Part shown: positions 1 through 10,572 of the stretch, in pieces
Layout: the number at the start of each line of letters is the position of its first letter
How positions within the stretch are numbered: the first letter of the stretch is position 1
Source: a virus
Taxonomy: Duplodnaviria > Caudoviricetes
Reading direction: 5' to 3' (one strand)
Virus record (IMG/VR): IMGVR_UViG_3300017903_000528
Span: 1 to 27,224 of that record
Length of the DNA: 27,224 nucleotides
The notes under the pieces: model-generated
What the model was told of the DNA's origin: nothing
Databases searched by the model: none
What the model saw: only the letters and a program-made list of their open reading frames with translations
Made by a program: the position numbers and the translations under genes

Positions 1-326
1 CATCGTTATTACAAACAATGAGATTAGATGCTGGATCACAAGATGGTACATCTCAAGGTAAAACTAAAAGAATATTTGATATTTCAATAAGACTCTATGA
101 ATCTATTGGTGTAGAGGTTGGACCAGACTTATCTAATATGGAACGTATTCCATTTAGATCTTCTGCTGACGCTATGGATAGTGGATTAGGAGTCTTTACA
201 GGAGACAAAGAAGTGGAGTTTAGAGGTAATTATGAGACAGATGGGTTTATCTTTGTAAGACAAACTCAACCTTTACCTTTAACGATTTTATCGTTATACC
301 CTAGACTTCAGACAAATGATGGATAA
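1..326 (+). CDS. Tail tubular protein B (T7 gp12-like nozzle), C-terminal part; 5' end lies outside the window
   Basis: The frame is open upstream of the ATG at 18 (..SLLQTM). The C-terminus 'FTGDKEV...VRQTQPLPLTILSL' is typical of this family, and the gene sits before the internal virion genes. Confidence 0.8.
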   Translation, partial: SLLQTMRLDAGSQDGTSQGKTKRIFDISIRLYESIGVEVGPDLSNMERIPFRSSADAMDSGLGVFTGDKEVEFRGNYETDGFIFVRQTQPLPLTILSLYPRLQTNDG

Positions 327-771
327 TATACTATATGTAGTGCCGTATGAAGCAAAGCATGGCAGATATATACTATCTAATCAAATGAATCATCCTCTAA
401 TGGATGAGGATGCAAAGTTTGATGGAGACGCAATGAATTTGGAACAAAAAGGATTAGCTTATACTTGTATGATTAATGGTGAACCTATTGCAGCAGCTGG
501 CATGAAAATGATTTGGAGTGGTGTTGCGGAAGGTTGGGTCATTGCAACAAATAAAATTTGGGATCATCCTCTACTTGTTGCCAAAGCTATCAAAAAAAAT
601 TTTGCACGATTAGCAAAAGAAAATAATATCAAAAGAGTTCAAACTGCTGTAAGACAAGATTATGACACAGGCATAAAATTTGCTGAGTGGTTAGGATTGG
701 AGAATGAAGGATTAATGAAACACTATGGATTTGATGGTTCACATCAATACAGATACGCGAGGATATTTTAA
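316..771 (+). CDS. GNAT-fold putative acetyltransferase (position of T7 gp13 / internal virion protein A)
   Basis: 'IAAAG...WSGVAEGW...RVQTAV...KFAEWLGLENEG' GNAT-like pattern; synteny between tail tube B and ejection proteins. Confidence 0.75.
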   Translation: MMDNILYVVPYEAKHGRYILSNQMNHPLMDEDAKFDGDAMNLEQKGLAYTCMINGEPIAAAGMKMIWSGVAEGWVIATNKIWDHPLLVAKAIKKNFARLAKENNIKRVQTAVRQDYDTGIKFAEWLGLENEGLMKHYGFDGSHQYRYARIF

Positions 772-1268
772 TGACTTGGGTAACAGCAGTAGCATCAGTA
801 GCCGCAGCACAACAAGCATCAGCTGCAGGTAAATACAATCAAGCAGTACAAAATCGTAATGCTGAAGTTGCTGAACAAAAAGCAGAAATCATTCAAGATA
901 AATTAGAATTAGATTTAGCTAGATTTGATGAACAATTTCAAAAATTACAATCTGAAACAAAAGTATCTGTATTAAAATCTGGTGCAGAACTATCTGGTAC
1001 TGCTTTAAAAATTTTAAGATCAAACGCTGAACAAGCTGAAATAGAAAAAGATATGATGGAATATAATGCTAAGATAGGTCAATCAAGAGCATATGAAGAA
1101 GCTAACTTTGCTAGAATGCAAGGTCAAATTGCTAGACAAGAAGGTAGAGCAGCAGCGATTGGATATTATGGTCAAGCTGCTAGTGCTTTAGCTCCTTATG
1201 GTAAATCTCTACTAGGCTCACAAACATCAACAGCAACAGATTTATCATCAACTGAAGGATCATTCTAA
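771..1268 (+). CDS. Internal virion/ejection protein (gp14-like)
   Basis: Ala/Gln-rich helical 165 aa with 'SGAELSGT' motif; TAATG-coupled; synteny. Confidence 0.65.
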   Translation: MTWVTAVASVAAAQQASAAGKYNQAVQNRNAEVAEQKAEIIQDKLELDLARFDEQFQKLQSETKVSVLKSGAELSGTALKILRSNAEQAEIEKDMMEYNAKIGQSRAYEEANFARMQGQIARQEGRAAAIGYYGQAASALAPYGKSLLGSQTSTATDLSSTEGSF

Positions 1269-3073
1269 TGCCAAAAATTCCTACATATACAGCTAGAGGA
1301 GATATAACTACTGAAGCTCCATCATTACAAACTAGATTACAAATATCTCCAACCGCAACTCCTGCAGCAAGATTAATAAAACCTATTTCGCAAGTTGCTG
1401 AATATTATGAAAGAGAAAGAATGATTGCTGAAAAAGCAGATGCTGACAAACAATATTTACAATTATCTACTGAACTTGATGAGATTGAAACTAATGCTGG
1501 AAAATTATTTGATCCTGCTGAAGCACAAAGAATTTTTAATACACAAGCTAATTTTTTAATAAAAGAAAAATTAAATCAAAATAAAAATAAAAGAATTAAA
1601 AATATTTTATCAAATAAATTTGATGAGGATATTATTGTTAGAAGTAATAATGTTAAAAAACTTGCAAGAGCAGAACTCGATAAACAAGAAGAATATAATT
1701 ATAATACTGAATATGAATTAAATTTAAGTAAATATAAATTTGGTAGCGAAGAAGAAAAAAAATTATACAAAAATAAAATATTATCTAATCATGAAAGTAG
1801 ATCATTATATTTAAATGATTCTGAATTAACAAAACAAAAAAATTTAGATTCAATTAACAAAGATTTTTTTGATGTAGATTTTAATAATCTTGTTGATAAT
1901 AAAAATTTTGGATCAGCATTAAATATGGTTAAAGATACAGAATCATCCAAATTTTTAACAGCAGATCAAAGATTTAAATATTTAGATACTTTAGAAACAG
2001 CAGCTGAAAAATATTATAGATTAGAAAGTATTAAAGATGCTGTATTAAATAAAAGAGCATGGGGTTATGATCAAAAAGATAGAGATAGTGGATTAGAAGA
2101 ATTAGCTTTAACTGGAGAATATAATGATGGTCAACTATCAGAATTAGCAATAGGTAATAATGCTACTTATAGTTTACATAAAAATGCTTTAGTTGCAGGA
2201 TTTAGTAATGCAGCTACAACTGGAAATCCAAATACAGTAAGAGCTGGATATGATCTTTACAGATTATATGAAGGTCAAAAAGGTTTAGCTTATTTAAAAA
2301 ATGGAATGAAACTTACAGATGATCAATTAGATTTTTATTCTACTTTAGATTTTATGGTTGATACAATGGGTATGGATATTAGATCAGCTATGAATGATTA
2401 TGAATCTTATTATAAAAATAAAAATAATCCAGATGTCAAAGCTATAATACCAGATGCCAATAAAATAAAAGTTACAGCAGAAAGTATTGCAGATAATTTT
2501 TTTACAGATGATGCAGATAATATAGATGAAATAGAAAATTTAGTAAGAAGATATGCTTCTATTCTTTTAAAAGTTAGACCAACAGATCAAGATGAAATTT
2601 TAAAACAAGTAGAAAAAAGAATACAAATGAATTTTAAAGTAGATGGTTTTGGTCAATTTACTGCTATCAAACCATTTAGATTAGATACTCATGATGATTC
2701 TATCAAAGCATATATAAAACATTTATGGGATAGTGATAGAATTAACAAAGATTTAAATGATTTTGATGATCTAATTGCAGTAGATGTTGATCCAGAATCA
2801 ACTACATCTTTATCTGGTATAAGAATTATTAATAAATCATTTCCAACAACACCTGTAATATTTAAACCAGCGGAAGGTGACTTTGATGAAAATGAATTTG
2901 AAGTTGGTATATTTACTCAAAAACAATTAGAACAAATTATTTATCCTTTTGGTAAAGATAAAAGATATGAATCATTTTTATTAAGAAAGAAAATAAATGA
3001 TAATAAATCTAAAGTTTTAGCACAAGAAATTATTGCTACTAAATCTGGTATTTATGTAGATATAGATGAATAA
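1268..3073 (+). CDS. Internal virion/ejection protein (gp15-like)
   Basis: 601 aa, 'MPKIPTY' start typical of this position in podophages, predicted helical; synteny. Confidence 0.6.
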   Translation: MPKIPTYTARGDITTEAPSLQTRLQISPTATPAARLIKPISQVAEYYERERMIAEKADADKQYLQLSTELDEIETNAGKLFDPAEAQRIFNTQANFLIKEKLNQNKNKRIKNILSNKFDEDIIVRSNNVKKLARAELDKQEEYNYNTEYELNLSKYKFGSEEEKKLYKNKILSNHESRSLYLNDSELTKQKNLDSINKDFFDVDFNNLVDNKNFGSALNMVKDTESSKFLTADQRFKYLDTLETAAEKYYRLESIKDAVLNKRAWGYDQKDRDSGLEELALTGEYNDGQLSELAIGNNATYSLHKNALVAGFSNAATTGNPNTVRAGYDLYRLYEGQKGLAYLKNGMKLTDDQLDFYSTLDFMVDTMGMDIRSAMNDYESYYKNKNNPDVKAIIPDANKIKVTAESIADNFFTDDADNIDEIENLVRRYASILLKVRPTDQDEILKQVEKRIQMNFKVDGFGQFTAIKPFRLDTHDDSIKAYIKHLWDSDRINKDLNDFDDLIAVDVDPESTTSLSGIRIINKSFPTTPVIFKPAEGDFDENEFEVGIFTQKQLEQIIYPFGKDKRYESFLLRKKINDNKSKVLAQEIIATKSGIYVDIDE

Positions 3074-6000
3074 TGAGCAGCGAAAAATTTAACATTAATG
3101 ATATTAAATCAGAACCAGAACAAAAACAAAAAGTTAAATTTGTTGTAGATGAACTTGGTTTAAATCAAGCATTATCAAAAGTTCCTACAGATGTAGATTA
3201 TTTTATAAACAAACAAAGAGGTGTTGGAGAAAGCACAGCTAGTTTTGGTCAATTATATAGTAAAGCAACAGACATAGAAAATACTGGTGTAGTATTATAT
3301 AATAAATTTTCAGATAGTCTAAGTCAAAATTTTAAAGCGGATCCTAATTATCAAGTAAGTAAAGAACAGTTTGACGAAATAGAAACTTACCCACAATATA
3401 TTCAAGATGCTTTTTTAGAAGCAAGATCAGATGAACATTTTTATCATATTAAAAAACAAGTAGATGAAAGATTAGAAGTTGAAAGAGAATTGAATAGTGC
3501 TGGTTGGCAAGGTTTTTCTGCAAGAGTTTTGGCAGCAGGATCTGATCCAGTTGCTTTAGGTTTGTCTTATGCAACAGGTGGTTTTCTAGCACCATTAATG
3601 TATGGCGGAAAAATAGCTAGAATAAAAAGAGCAATAAAGTTTGGTGCATTAGTTGGTACAGAAAATGCTGTTATTGAATCTGGTTTAGTTGCTTTAGATC
3701 CTTTAAAAAATGCAGATGATATTCGTTATGCTTTGTATGGTGGTTTTGCTTTAGGTTTACCTATTGGTGGACTTGCAAGAGTAAATAAAGATATAGCAAA
3801 GTCATATAACAACTTAGCTTTGGTAGCAAAAAAATCTATGGCAGATATGGAAACAAATGAAATAAATGATTTTGCTTCATCATTAGATGTAAAACCAAAT
3901 GATATTTTTATGAGAAAGAAAAGATTGGTCGATGCAGCTGCTAAAAACAAATATGATTTTAATATAACAAGTGATTCAAAAGAAGTAACAATATTAGATG
4001 ATACTTTAGATGAAGTAGGAAAAATAGAAAAAGAATGGAGAGAAGGTAAAAGAAAACTATTTGGTTTTATACCGGTTCCAAGATTTAGTATGTCATCATC
4101 ATTGAATGCTTCACCAGATGAGGAAGTTAAAAAAATTGCAGAACTTCTTTTTCCAGATCCTGTTGTTGGTTCTAAATCTGGAGACACTATGATTGAGTTT
4201 AAAGAAAACAAAATGAGACAAATATTATATCAATTTAATAATAGTCGTGATGTTGCATTTAAATCATTTCTTAAAAAAGATTTAAGAATGACTCAATTAT
4301 CTTCTGCACAACAAACAGAAAAATTTAATGAAATAATCTCAGATATTATTGAGTTTCCAGATATTGCTAAAACATATAATAACATTACACCAGAGATGGT
4401 TAATCATGCATCACTAGGTGCCAATGCTTTAGATGATGTATTAACTGTTGTTGCTCAAAGTGGAAGAGAAGGTTGGGGAGATATTGCAAGAACAAGAGGT
4501 ATAACAAATTATTTTCCTCATACTCATAGTCAAAATAAATTAAGACAAGCAATAGATGAATATGGAATAGATAAAATTACAGAACTTTATTCTGCAGGTT
4601 TAAGAAAACAACTTCCAGATATGGATGAGAAAAAATTTAAAAAAATGATTAAAGGTATTATTGATAACATTACTTCTACTAGACACTTTGGTAATGAAGC
4701 TGCTTTTGCTAGAGGATTTCAAGGAACAGATGAAGCAGGATTTAGAGAATTTTTAGAAGAGATAGGTTTAGATAAAGAACAAATAGAAGCTATAGCTGAA
4801 AGATTTAAAGTAAAAGATGGAGTTACTTTAGATCCAAACGCTAGAAGAAGATTACCTTTTGATCTTACTGCAAAGGTAGAAGTTAAGTCTATTAAGACAG
4901 GTAAAACAAAATCTTTATCTTTAAAAGATTTGACAGATAGAAATGCAGAAAGAGTTATTAATAAATATTCAAATCAAGTTTTAGGTCAAGCAGCTATGGC
5001 TAGATTTGGTGGATTTAAAAATAATAAAGAGTATCAAAGATTTTTAAACAGAATACAAAATAGAAATAAAAATACTAAATATGCTCAAAAAGATTTAGAA
5101 GATCATTTAAATATTTTAGAAGTTGTTTCATCTTCAATATTAGGTAGAAGAAATCCTTTAGAAAAAAATGATCCTACTGGTATCAAAGCTAGAAGAATTG
5201 CAAGATTAATTGGAGACTACAACTTTCTTAGATTATTTGGTCAAGTAGGTTTTGCTCAAGGTGCTGAATTATTTGGTGCGTTAGGTGAAGCTGGTTGGTT
5301 AACTTCATTAAAAGCTATGCCAAGACTTGAAGATTTATTTACTAGATTAAGATCTGGTAATATTGATATTAAAGATCCATTTTTAAAAGAACTACAGGCT
5401 TATGGTGCGCCAGTTGGTTTAGATAAATTTATGAATTCACCTACTGCTAGACTTGAAGGTGATGATGTATTTTTAATGGATGATGCACCAACAGGACTAA
5501 ATAATGTTGAAATAAAATCTGGAAAAGCAAAAAGATTTGTTGCAGATATATCTGGATTAAATCCTATGACTATGCTTTCTCAAGTATGGTCATCAAAAGC
5601 ATTAACTATGAAAATTGTAGGAAGAATATTTGATCTTTCTAAAACATATAAAACAAATCAAATATATCAAAATTTAAAATTAGGAGATCAAGTTAGATTT
5701 AGACAACTTGGTTGGACTAAAGATGAATTTAATAGTATTGCAAAAAATATAAAGAAACACGCACTAGTAGAGGATGGTGATTTCAAAGCATTAAATTTAG
5801 ATAATTGGGATATAGAAGCAAGAGCTAGTTATGTAACAGGTGTAAGTAGATGGATTGATAGAATAGTTCAAAGAACAGATTATGCTTCTATGAATAAATG
5901 GTTTACAAATGATTTTGTTAAATTAATTATTCAGTTTAGAACATTTAGTTTAGGTGCTTATGAAAAACAATTATTAAATGGAGTATATACTTTAGATCAA

Positions 6001-6474
6001 ACTAGAGGATTTGATTTTGAAACTTGGAATAGATTCACATCTTCAATGATAGGTGCGGGAATATTTGCATCAGTACAAACTTATATAAATTCTTTTGGAA
6101 TGAGAGACAGAGAAGAATATTTAAAAGAAAGATTATCTCCATCTAATGTAGCTAAAATAGCTTTTCTTAGATCTTCTTGGTCAACCTTAATACCTGCCGG
6201 TATAGGTACAATTAATGCTTTCTTTTCTGAAGAAGATTTCTTTGGATATGGAAGAAATACAGAGCTATCATCAAGATTGATAGCCGGTATACCTTCTGTA
6301 GATTTAGGAGAAAATATAATCAATTCAACAAGAATGTTGACTAAGGTTATGACGGACCCTAATTATAGACCAAGTGAAAGTGAGCTTAAAAAATCTTTAT
6401 CTATTCTTGCATTACACAATGCTTTAGTGGTAAAGAATATGAACAATATGGTTATTGATAAATTTGCAAGATAG
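3073..6474 (+). CDS. Large internal virion/ejection protein (gp16-like)
   Basis: 1133 aa with Gly/Ala-rich hydrophobic segments near aa 150-235; lies immediately before the tail fibre. Confidence 0.65.
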   Translation: MSSEKFNINDIKSEPEQKQKVKFVVDELGLNQALSKVPTDVDYFINKQRGVGESTASFGQLYSKATDIENTGVVLYNKFSDSLSQNFKADPNYQVSKEQFDEIETYPQYIQDAFLEARSDEHFYHIKKQVDERLEVERELNSAGWQGFSARVLAAGSDPVALGLSYATGGFLAPLMYGGKIARIKRAIKFGALVGTENAVIESGLVALDPLKNADDIRYALYGGFALGLPIGGLARVNKDIAKSYNNLALVAKKSMADMETNEINDFASSLDVKPNDIFMRKKRLVDAAAKNKYDFNITSDSKEVTILDDTLDEVGKIEKEWREGKRKLFGFIPVPRFSMSSSLNASPDEEVKKIAELLFPDPVVGSKSGDTMIEFKENKMRQILYQFNNSRDVAFKSFLKKDLRMTQLSSAQQTEKFNEIISDIIEFPDIAKTYNNITPEMVNHASLGANALDDVLTVVAQSGREGWGDIARTRGITNYFPHTHSQNKLRQAIDEYGIDKITELYSAGLRKQLPDMDEKKFKKMIKGIIDNITSTRHFGNEAAFARGFQGTDEAGFREFLEEIGLDKEQIEAIAERFKVKDGVTLDPNARRRLPFDLTAKVEVKSIKTGKTKSLSLKDLTDRNAERVINKYSNQVLGQAAMARFGGFKNNKEYQRFLNRIQNRNKNTKYAQKDLEDHLNILEVVSSSILGRRNPLEKNDPTGIKARRIARLIGDYNFLRLFGQVGFAQGAELFGALGEAGWLTSLKAMPRLEDLFTRLRSGNIDIKDPFLKELQAYGAPVGLDKFMNSPTARLEGDDVFLMDDAPTGLNNVEIKSGKAKRFVADISGLNPMTMLSQVWSSKALTMKIVGRIFDLSKTYKTNQIYQNLKLGDQVRFRQLGWTKDEFNSIAKNIKKHALVEDGDFKALNLDNWDIEARASYVTGVSRWIDRIVQRTDYASMNKWFTNDFVKLIIQFRTFSLGAYEKQLLNGVYTLDQTRGFDFETWNRFTSSMIGAGIFASVQTYINSFGMRDREEYLKERLSPSNVAKIAFLRSSWSTLIPAGIGTINAFFSEEDFFGYGRNTELSSRLIAGIPSVDLGENIINSTRMLTKVMTDPNYRPSESELKKSLSILALHNALVVKNMNNMVIDKFAR

Positions 6475-6490
6475 TATATAGGAAATAAAT

Positions 6491-7579
6491 ATGACAATAT
6501 CATCTACTACAGTAAAGAATTCATATTCGGGTGATGGTTCTACTACCACCTTTAATTATACATTTAAGATTTTTGCGGACTCTGATTTACAGGTCATTAT
6601 AAGATCATCAACAGCAACTGAAACTGTTAAAACTATTACCACACACTATACAGTAACTGGTGCAGGAAATGCCAATGGTGGAACTGTAGTATTTACTTCT
6701 GGTAATATTCCAGCAAGTGGTGAAACAGTTGTGTTGAGAAGAGCAGTTCCGCAAACACAAGCGATTGACTATATCGCTAATGATCCTTTCCCTGCGGAAT
6801 CACATGAAGAGGGATTGGATCGTGCAACAATGACATTACAACAGTTACAAGAAGAAGTAACTAGATCTATCAAACTATCAAGAACAAATACTATGACATC
6901 TACAGAGTTTGCTGTAGGTGCATCAGATAGAGCAAATAAAATTTTAGCATTTGATGGTAATGGTGAAATTAGTGTTACGCAGGAGCTTGGAACTTTTGTT
7001 GGAAATTGGTCTGCTAGTAGAGATTACAATGCTAGAGATATTGTAAAAGATACGTCTACAAATAATATTTTTATTTGTAATACATCGCACACATCTTCTG
7101 GCTCACAACCTTTAACAACAAATACTGATTCAGCTAAATGGGATTTATTGGTAGACGCAGCTTCTGCTACAACGTCTGCTACTAACGCTGCTGCTAGTGC
7201 AACAGCTGCTGCATCTTCTGCTACTGCTGCGGCTAGTTCTGCAACAACTGCAACTACTCAAGCATCAAACGCATCAACTTCTGCATCAACTGCATCGACA
7301 CAAGCAACCAATGCAGCTAACTCTGCAACTGCGGCAGCTACTTCAGCTGCGGAAGCGGCAGCGAGTGCTGATAATTTTGATGATACTTATTTAGGAGCTA
7401 AAAGTTCAGATCCATCTGTAGATAATGATGGGGATGCACTAAATGCTGGAGATTTATATTTTAATACAACAAGCAATACCTTACGTGTTTATTCGGGTTC
7501 TGCTTGGCAAGATGCTGCAGTAGATAGCTCAGCTTTTGCATCAAATGGATTTGCGATTGCAATGGCGATTGCATTATAG
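6491..7579 (+). CDS. Tail fibre protein (T7 gp17-like N-terminal adaptor)
   Basis: 'YSGDGSTTTFNYTFKIFADSDLQV' adaptor, Ala/Ser/Thr coiled-coil stretch, 'GDLYFNTTSNTLRVYSGSAW' fibre motif. Confidence 0.85.
   Translation: MTISSTTVKNSYSGDGSTTTFNYTFKIFADSDLQVIIRSSTATETVKTITTHYTVTGAGNANGGTVVFTSGNIPASGETVVLRRAVPQTQAIDYIANDPFPAESHEEGLDRATMTLQQLQEEVTRSIKLSRTNTMTSTEFAVGASDRANKILAFDGNGEISVTQELGTFVGNWSASRDYNARDIVKDTSTNNIFICNTSHTSSGSQPLTTNTDSAKWDLLVDAASATTSATNAAASATAAASSATAAASSATTATTQASNASTSASTASTQATNAANSATAAATSAAEAAASADNFDDTYLGAKSSDPSVDNDGDALNAGDLYFNTTSNTLRVYSGSAWQDAAVDSSAFASNGFAIAMAIAL
7156..7370 (+). repeat. Low-complexity Ala/Ser/Thr heptad-like coding repeat in tail fibre
   Basis: Translates to AASATTSATNAAASATAAASSATAAASSATTATTQASNASTSAST...; GCT/GCA/TCT-rich DNA. 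Confidence 0.8.
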
Positions 7580-7591
7580 TAAGGAGTAAAT

Positions 7592-7918
7592 ATGGCACAA
7601 AACTTTAGAAGATATACAAGCAACAGTGTAGGCACTTCAGCAGCAACAATATTTACTGCTGACAGTTATGATACAATCGTTGGTATATCTGTTGCAAATG
7701 TTACAGCATCAGCAGTAACTGCATCAGTATTTATCAATGATGGTTCTAATGACATACACTTAGTAAAAGATGCTGACATTCCTGCAAAGTCTGCTTTACA
7801 AGTATTAGATGGTGGAGCAAAGTTTGTAGTAAAATCTGGTGATGCTTTAAAAGTTCAATCATCAGCAGCAACATCTTTAGATGTTTGGGTATCAGCTGTA
7901 GACGCAATTAGTACATAA
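7592..7918 (+). CDS. Small beta-rich virion/tail-associated protein
   Basis: RBS AAGGAG; 108 aa; directly follows the tail fibre. Confidence 0.6.
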   Translation: MAQNFRRYTSNSVGTSAATIFTADSYDTIVGISVANVTASAVTASVFINDGSNDIHLVKDADIPAKSALQVLDGGAKFVVKSGDALKVQSSAATSLDVWVSAVDAIST

Positions 7919-7928
7919 GGATAATTAA

Positions 7929-8525
7929 ATGGCTTACATTGGAAAACAACCAGCTCCAGCAGCTTTAACAAGTTCAGATATTACAGATGGTATAATACAA
8001 TTAGCTGACTTATCTGCAACAGGTACTAAAGATGCTACAACATTTTTAAGAGGCGATAACACATTTGCTAGTGCTGGTGGAACTAACACTCCAAACTTTT
8101 TAGCATTACCAAGTGCAGATCAAACAATATCTAATACAACTAACACAACAGTAACTTTTGACACAGAAGTATTTGATACTGATAGTGCTTTTGCTTCAAA
8201 TACATTTACAGTACCATCTGGAAAAGCTGGAAAATATTTGTTTATAGCACAAGGTAGAATTACAAATTTAAACAGTAATAAAGAATTTCAATTAGCTTTT
8301 TTTAAAAATGGATCATCAGATTTTTCAGAAGCAAGTCAAAATGCTTATATAGTTCAAAATACTTATTCTCCTGATAGTAGTGCAAGTATGTATTTTTCAC
8401 ATTCTATGATAGCAAATTTAGCTGAATCAGATGCAATAACAGTATCAATTTATCATAATGCTGGAGCAAGTAAGACTTTAGAATCAACATATACAAGATT
8501 TAGTGGATTTAAATTAATAGAATAG
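7929..8525 (+). CDS. Tail fibre/receptor-binding protein with C1q/TNF-like C-terminal domain
   Basis: 'VTFDTEVFDTDSAF...FTVPSGKAGKYLF...FSGFKL' is a C1q-like pattern; MAYIGKQP N-terminus. Confidence 0.65.
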   Translation: MAYIGKQPAPAALTSSDITDGIIQLADLSATGTKDATTFLRGDNTFASAGGTNTPNFLALPSADQTISNTTNTTVTFDTEVFDTDSAFASNTFTVPSGKAGKYLFIAQGRITNLNSNKEFQLAFFKNGSSDFSEASQNAYIVQNTYSPDSSASMYFSHSMIANLAESDAITVSIYHNAGASKTLESTYTRFSGFKLIE

Positions 8526-8533
8526 GATAAATT

Positions 8534-8848
8534 ATGGCAAGTTTAAGTAGTAAAATAAAACAATATGTAAATTCAGAAGTAGATTTTAGATCAGATGTAA
8601 TTTTACAAGATGATGGTAATGGTGCATACATCAAAGAATGGAATTTAGATATTGCACAACCTACTCAAGCACAATTAGATGCCTTAGAATCTCAAGCACA
8701 AACTTATGAAAACAATCAACAAATAATTGCTACAAGAAAAAAATTATATGGAAGTTGGGAAACTCAACTTGAAGAAATTAACGAACAAGGTATTGATAGT
8801 TGGAAAGCTAGAATACAACAAATTAAAATAGATAACCCAAAGGAATAG
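8534..8848 (+). CDS. XkdW-like tail fibre-associated protein/chaperone
   Basis: 'DVILQDDGNGAYIKEWNLDIAQPT' resembles the XkdW family. Confidence 0.6.
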   Translation: MASLSSKIKQYVNSEVDFRSDVILQDDGNGAYIKEWNLDIAQPTQAQLDALESQAQTYENNQQIIATRKKLYGSWETQLEEINEQGIDSWKARIQQIKIDNPKE

Positions 8849-9694
8849 ATGCCATACATAGGTAAAGAACCCACAGTAGGAAACTTTCAGAAGTGCGATG
8901 CTATTAGTGTTGTTAATGGACAAGCAACTTATGCTTTAACTGTAGGTGGAAGTGCAGTATTTCCAGAATCGAGCAATCATGTTCTTTGTAGTCTTAACGG
9001 AATTTTACAGGCTCCAACAGATTCATTCACAATTTCCTCAAGTAACATAGTCTTTGCATCAAACTTAGCAACAGGCGATGTTATCGACTTCGTTATGATA
9101 CTTGGAAATGTACTCGATCTGGGAGTTCCATCAGATAATACAGTTACAGCAAGTAAATTAAATGATGATATTATTTCTGGTCAAACAGAACTTGCTAGTG
9201 AACCAGCAGACACAGACGAATTTTTAGTATCAGATGCTGGTACATTAAAAAGAATTGATTACTCATTAATTAAAGGTGTTGGACAAATTTTACAAGTTGT
9301 TAGTACATCACTTGTTGGCAGTGAAGCATCAACAACTAGCACTTCTTTTCAAGATACAAATTTAAATGCTAGTATAACTCCTTCATCTTCAAGTAATAAA
9401 GTATTAATTTTAGTTACATCTACTGGAAGATCTACTGATAGTGGTGGTACTTCTTGTTATACTATTGCAAGAGGTTCAACTAATTTAGGTAGTTCAGATG
9501 GAATGAATAGAATTAATCAACCAGCCGACAATGAGTTAATAACACCAGTAGCTATGCACTTTTTAGATAGTCCAAATACAACAAGTGCAACCACATATAG
9601 ACCACAACTAAAAAGCACTAATACTAACAATACAGCAAAATTTGGAGAAGGTAATACTAACCAAGTAATAACTCTTTTTGAGGTAAAAGGATAA
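8849..9694 (+). CDS. Tail fibre-like protein
   Basis: MPYIGKEP start, 'LNGILQAP' motif, 'GQILQVVS...ITPSSSSNKVLI...LDSPNTTSATTY' beta-rich tip. Confidence 0.65.
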   Translation: MPYIGKEPTVGNFQKCDAISVVNGQATYALTVGGSAVFPESSNHVLCSLNGILQAPTDSFTISSSNIVFASNLATGDVIDFVMILGNVLDLGVPSDNTVTASKLNDDIISGQTELASEPADTDEFLVSDAGTLKRIDYSLIKGVGQILQVVSTSLVGSEASTTSTSFQDTNLNASITPSSSSNKVLILVTSTGRSTDSGGTSCYTIARGSTNLGSSDGMNRINQPADNELITPVAMHFLDSPNTTSATTYRPQLKSTNTNNTAKFGEGNTNQVITLFEVKG

Positions 9695-9698
9695 AATT

Positions 9699-9965
9699 AT
9701 GAGTATGATAATAAAAGCAATAAAAAAAATAAATTCAAATGCTGTTGTAACTGTTTATGGTTCAGACATAGATACTTGTACAATAAATTATCATGATGGA
9801 ACACCAGAAATTTCTAAATCAGAAATTAAAAATAAAATTACTGAGGTAGAAAAAGAAGATTCAGATGCAAAAATAGCTAAAGAAACTAAAAAAGCATCTG
9901 GCAAACAAAAACTTTTAGACTTAGGTTTAACCGAAGAAGAAGTAAAAGCATTGATTGGAGTTTAA
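9699..9965 (+). CDS. Putative fibre assembly chaperone
   Basis: Small protein after a fibre gene; C-terminal 'KASGKQKLLDLGLTEEEVKAL' helix. Confidence 0.5.
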   Translation: MSMIIKAIKKINSNAVVTVYGSDIDTCTINYHDGTPEISKSEIKNKITEVEKEDSDAKIAKETKKASGKQKLLDLGLTEEEVKALIGV

Positions 9966-9966
9966 C

Positions 9967-10572
9967 ATGGCTCTAAAGTTCGCAGTAAATAATTCACTCT
10001 CAGCAGTAACATCTTTGCCTACTGCTATTCCAATAGGCTCAATGACACTATTGCAAACTCAAACTGCATCTAGTTCAGCAACAATAGATTTTACAAGTAA
10101 TATTGATAGCACCTATGATTCTTATGTTTTTAAATTTATAAACATACACCCAGCTACTAATAATGTTGATTTTACATTTAATGGTTCTACTGATGGTGGT
10201 TCAAATTACAATGTAACAAAAACTACTACATGGTTTGAGGCATATCATGATGAAGCTGATTCTTTAACTAGTTTATCATATAATGCAAATCATGATTTAG
10301 CACAAAGTACTTCTGACCAAAAATTAGCCGTTCAGATAGGTTCTGAAAATGACGAATCAGCTTCAGGAACATTAAGTTTATTTAATCCATCAAGCACAAC
10401 ATTTGTAAAACATTTTATTTCTAATGTTAATGAATATCATTATAACAATCTCACTGTACAATGTCTTGTTGGTGGATACTTAAATACAACATCAGCAATA
10501 AATGCAGTAAGATTTCAAATGAGTTCTGGCAATATAGATAGTGGGGTTATAAAATTATATGGCATTAGTTAA
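9967..10572 (+). CDS. Tail/fibre-tip protein, paralogue 1 of 3
   Basis: Start moved to ATG 9967 (MALK..., GGAG RBS). Shares QTASSSA, NIHPA, TKTTT, DLAQST, PSSTTFVKHFIS and SGNIDxG..LYG blocks with the next two genes. Confidence 0.7.
   Translation: MALKFAVNNSLSAVTSLPTAIPIGSMTLLQTQTASSSATIDFTSNIDSTYDSYVFKFINIHPATNNVDFTFNGSTDGGSNYNVTKTTTWFEAYHDEADSLTSLSYNANHDLAQSTSDQKLAVQIGSENDESASGTLSLFNPSSTTFVKHFISNVNEYHYNNLTVQCLVGGYLNTTSAINAVRFQMSSGNIDSGVIKLYGIS

Noticed and set aside
629-838. Minus-strand 69-aa ORF
   Set aside because: Antisense shadow of two well-supported coupled + strand genes.
3726-6323. Minus-strand ORFs 3726..4211 and 6081..6323
   Set aside because: Antisense to the gp16-like gene; Ser/Phe/Leu-rich composition typical of shadow frames in AT-rich DNA.
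7197-7394. Alternative-frame Leu/Gln-rich ORF
   Set aside because: By-product of the GCT/GCA/ACT repeat in the fibre coiled coil.
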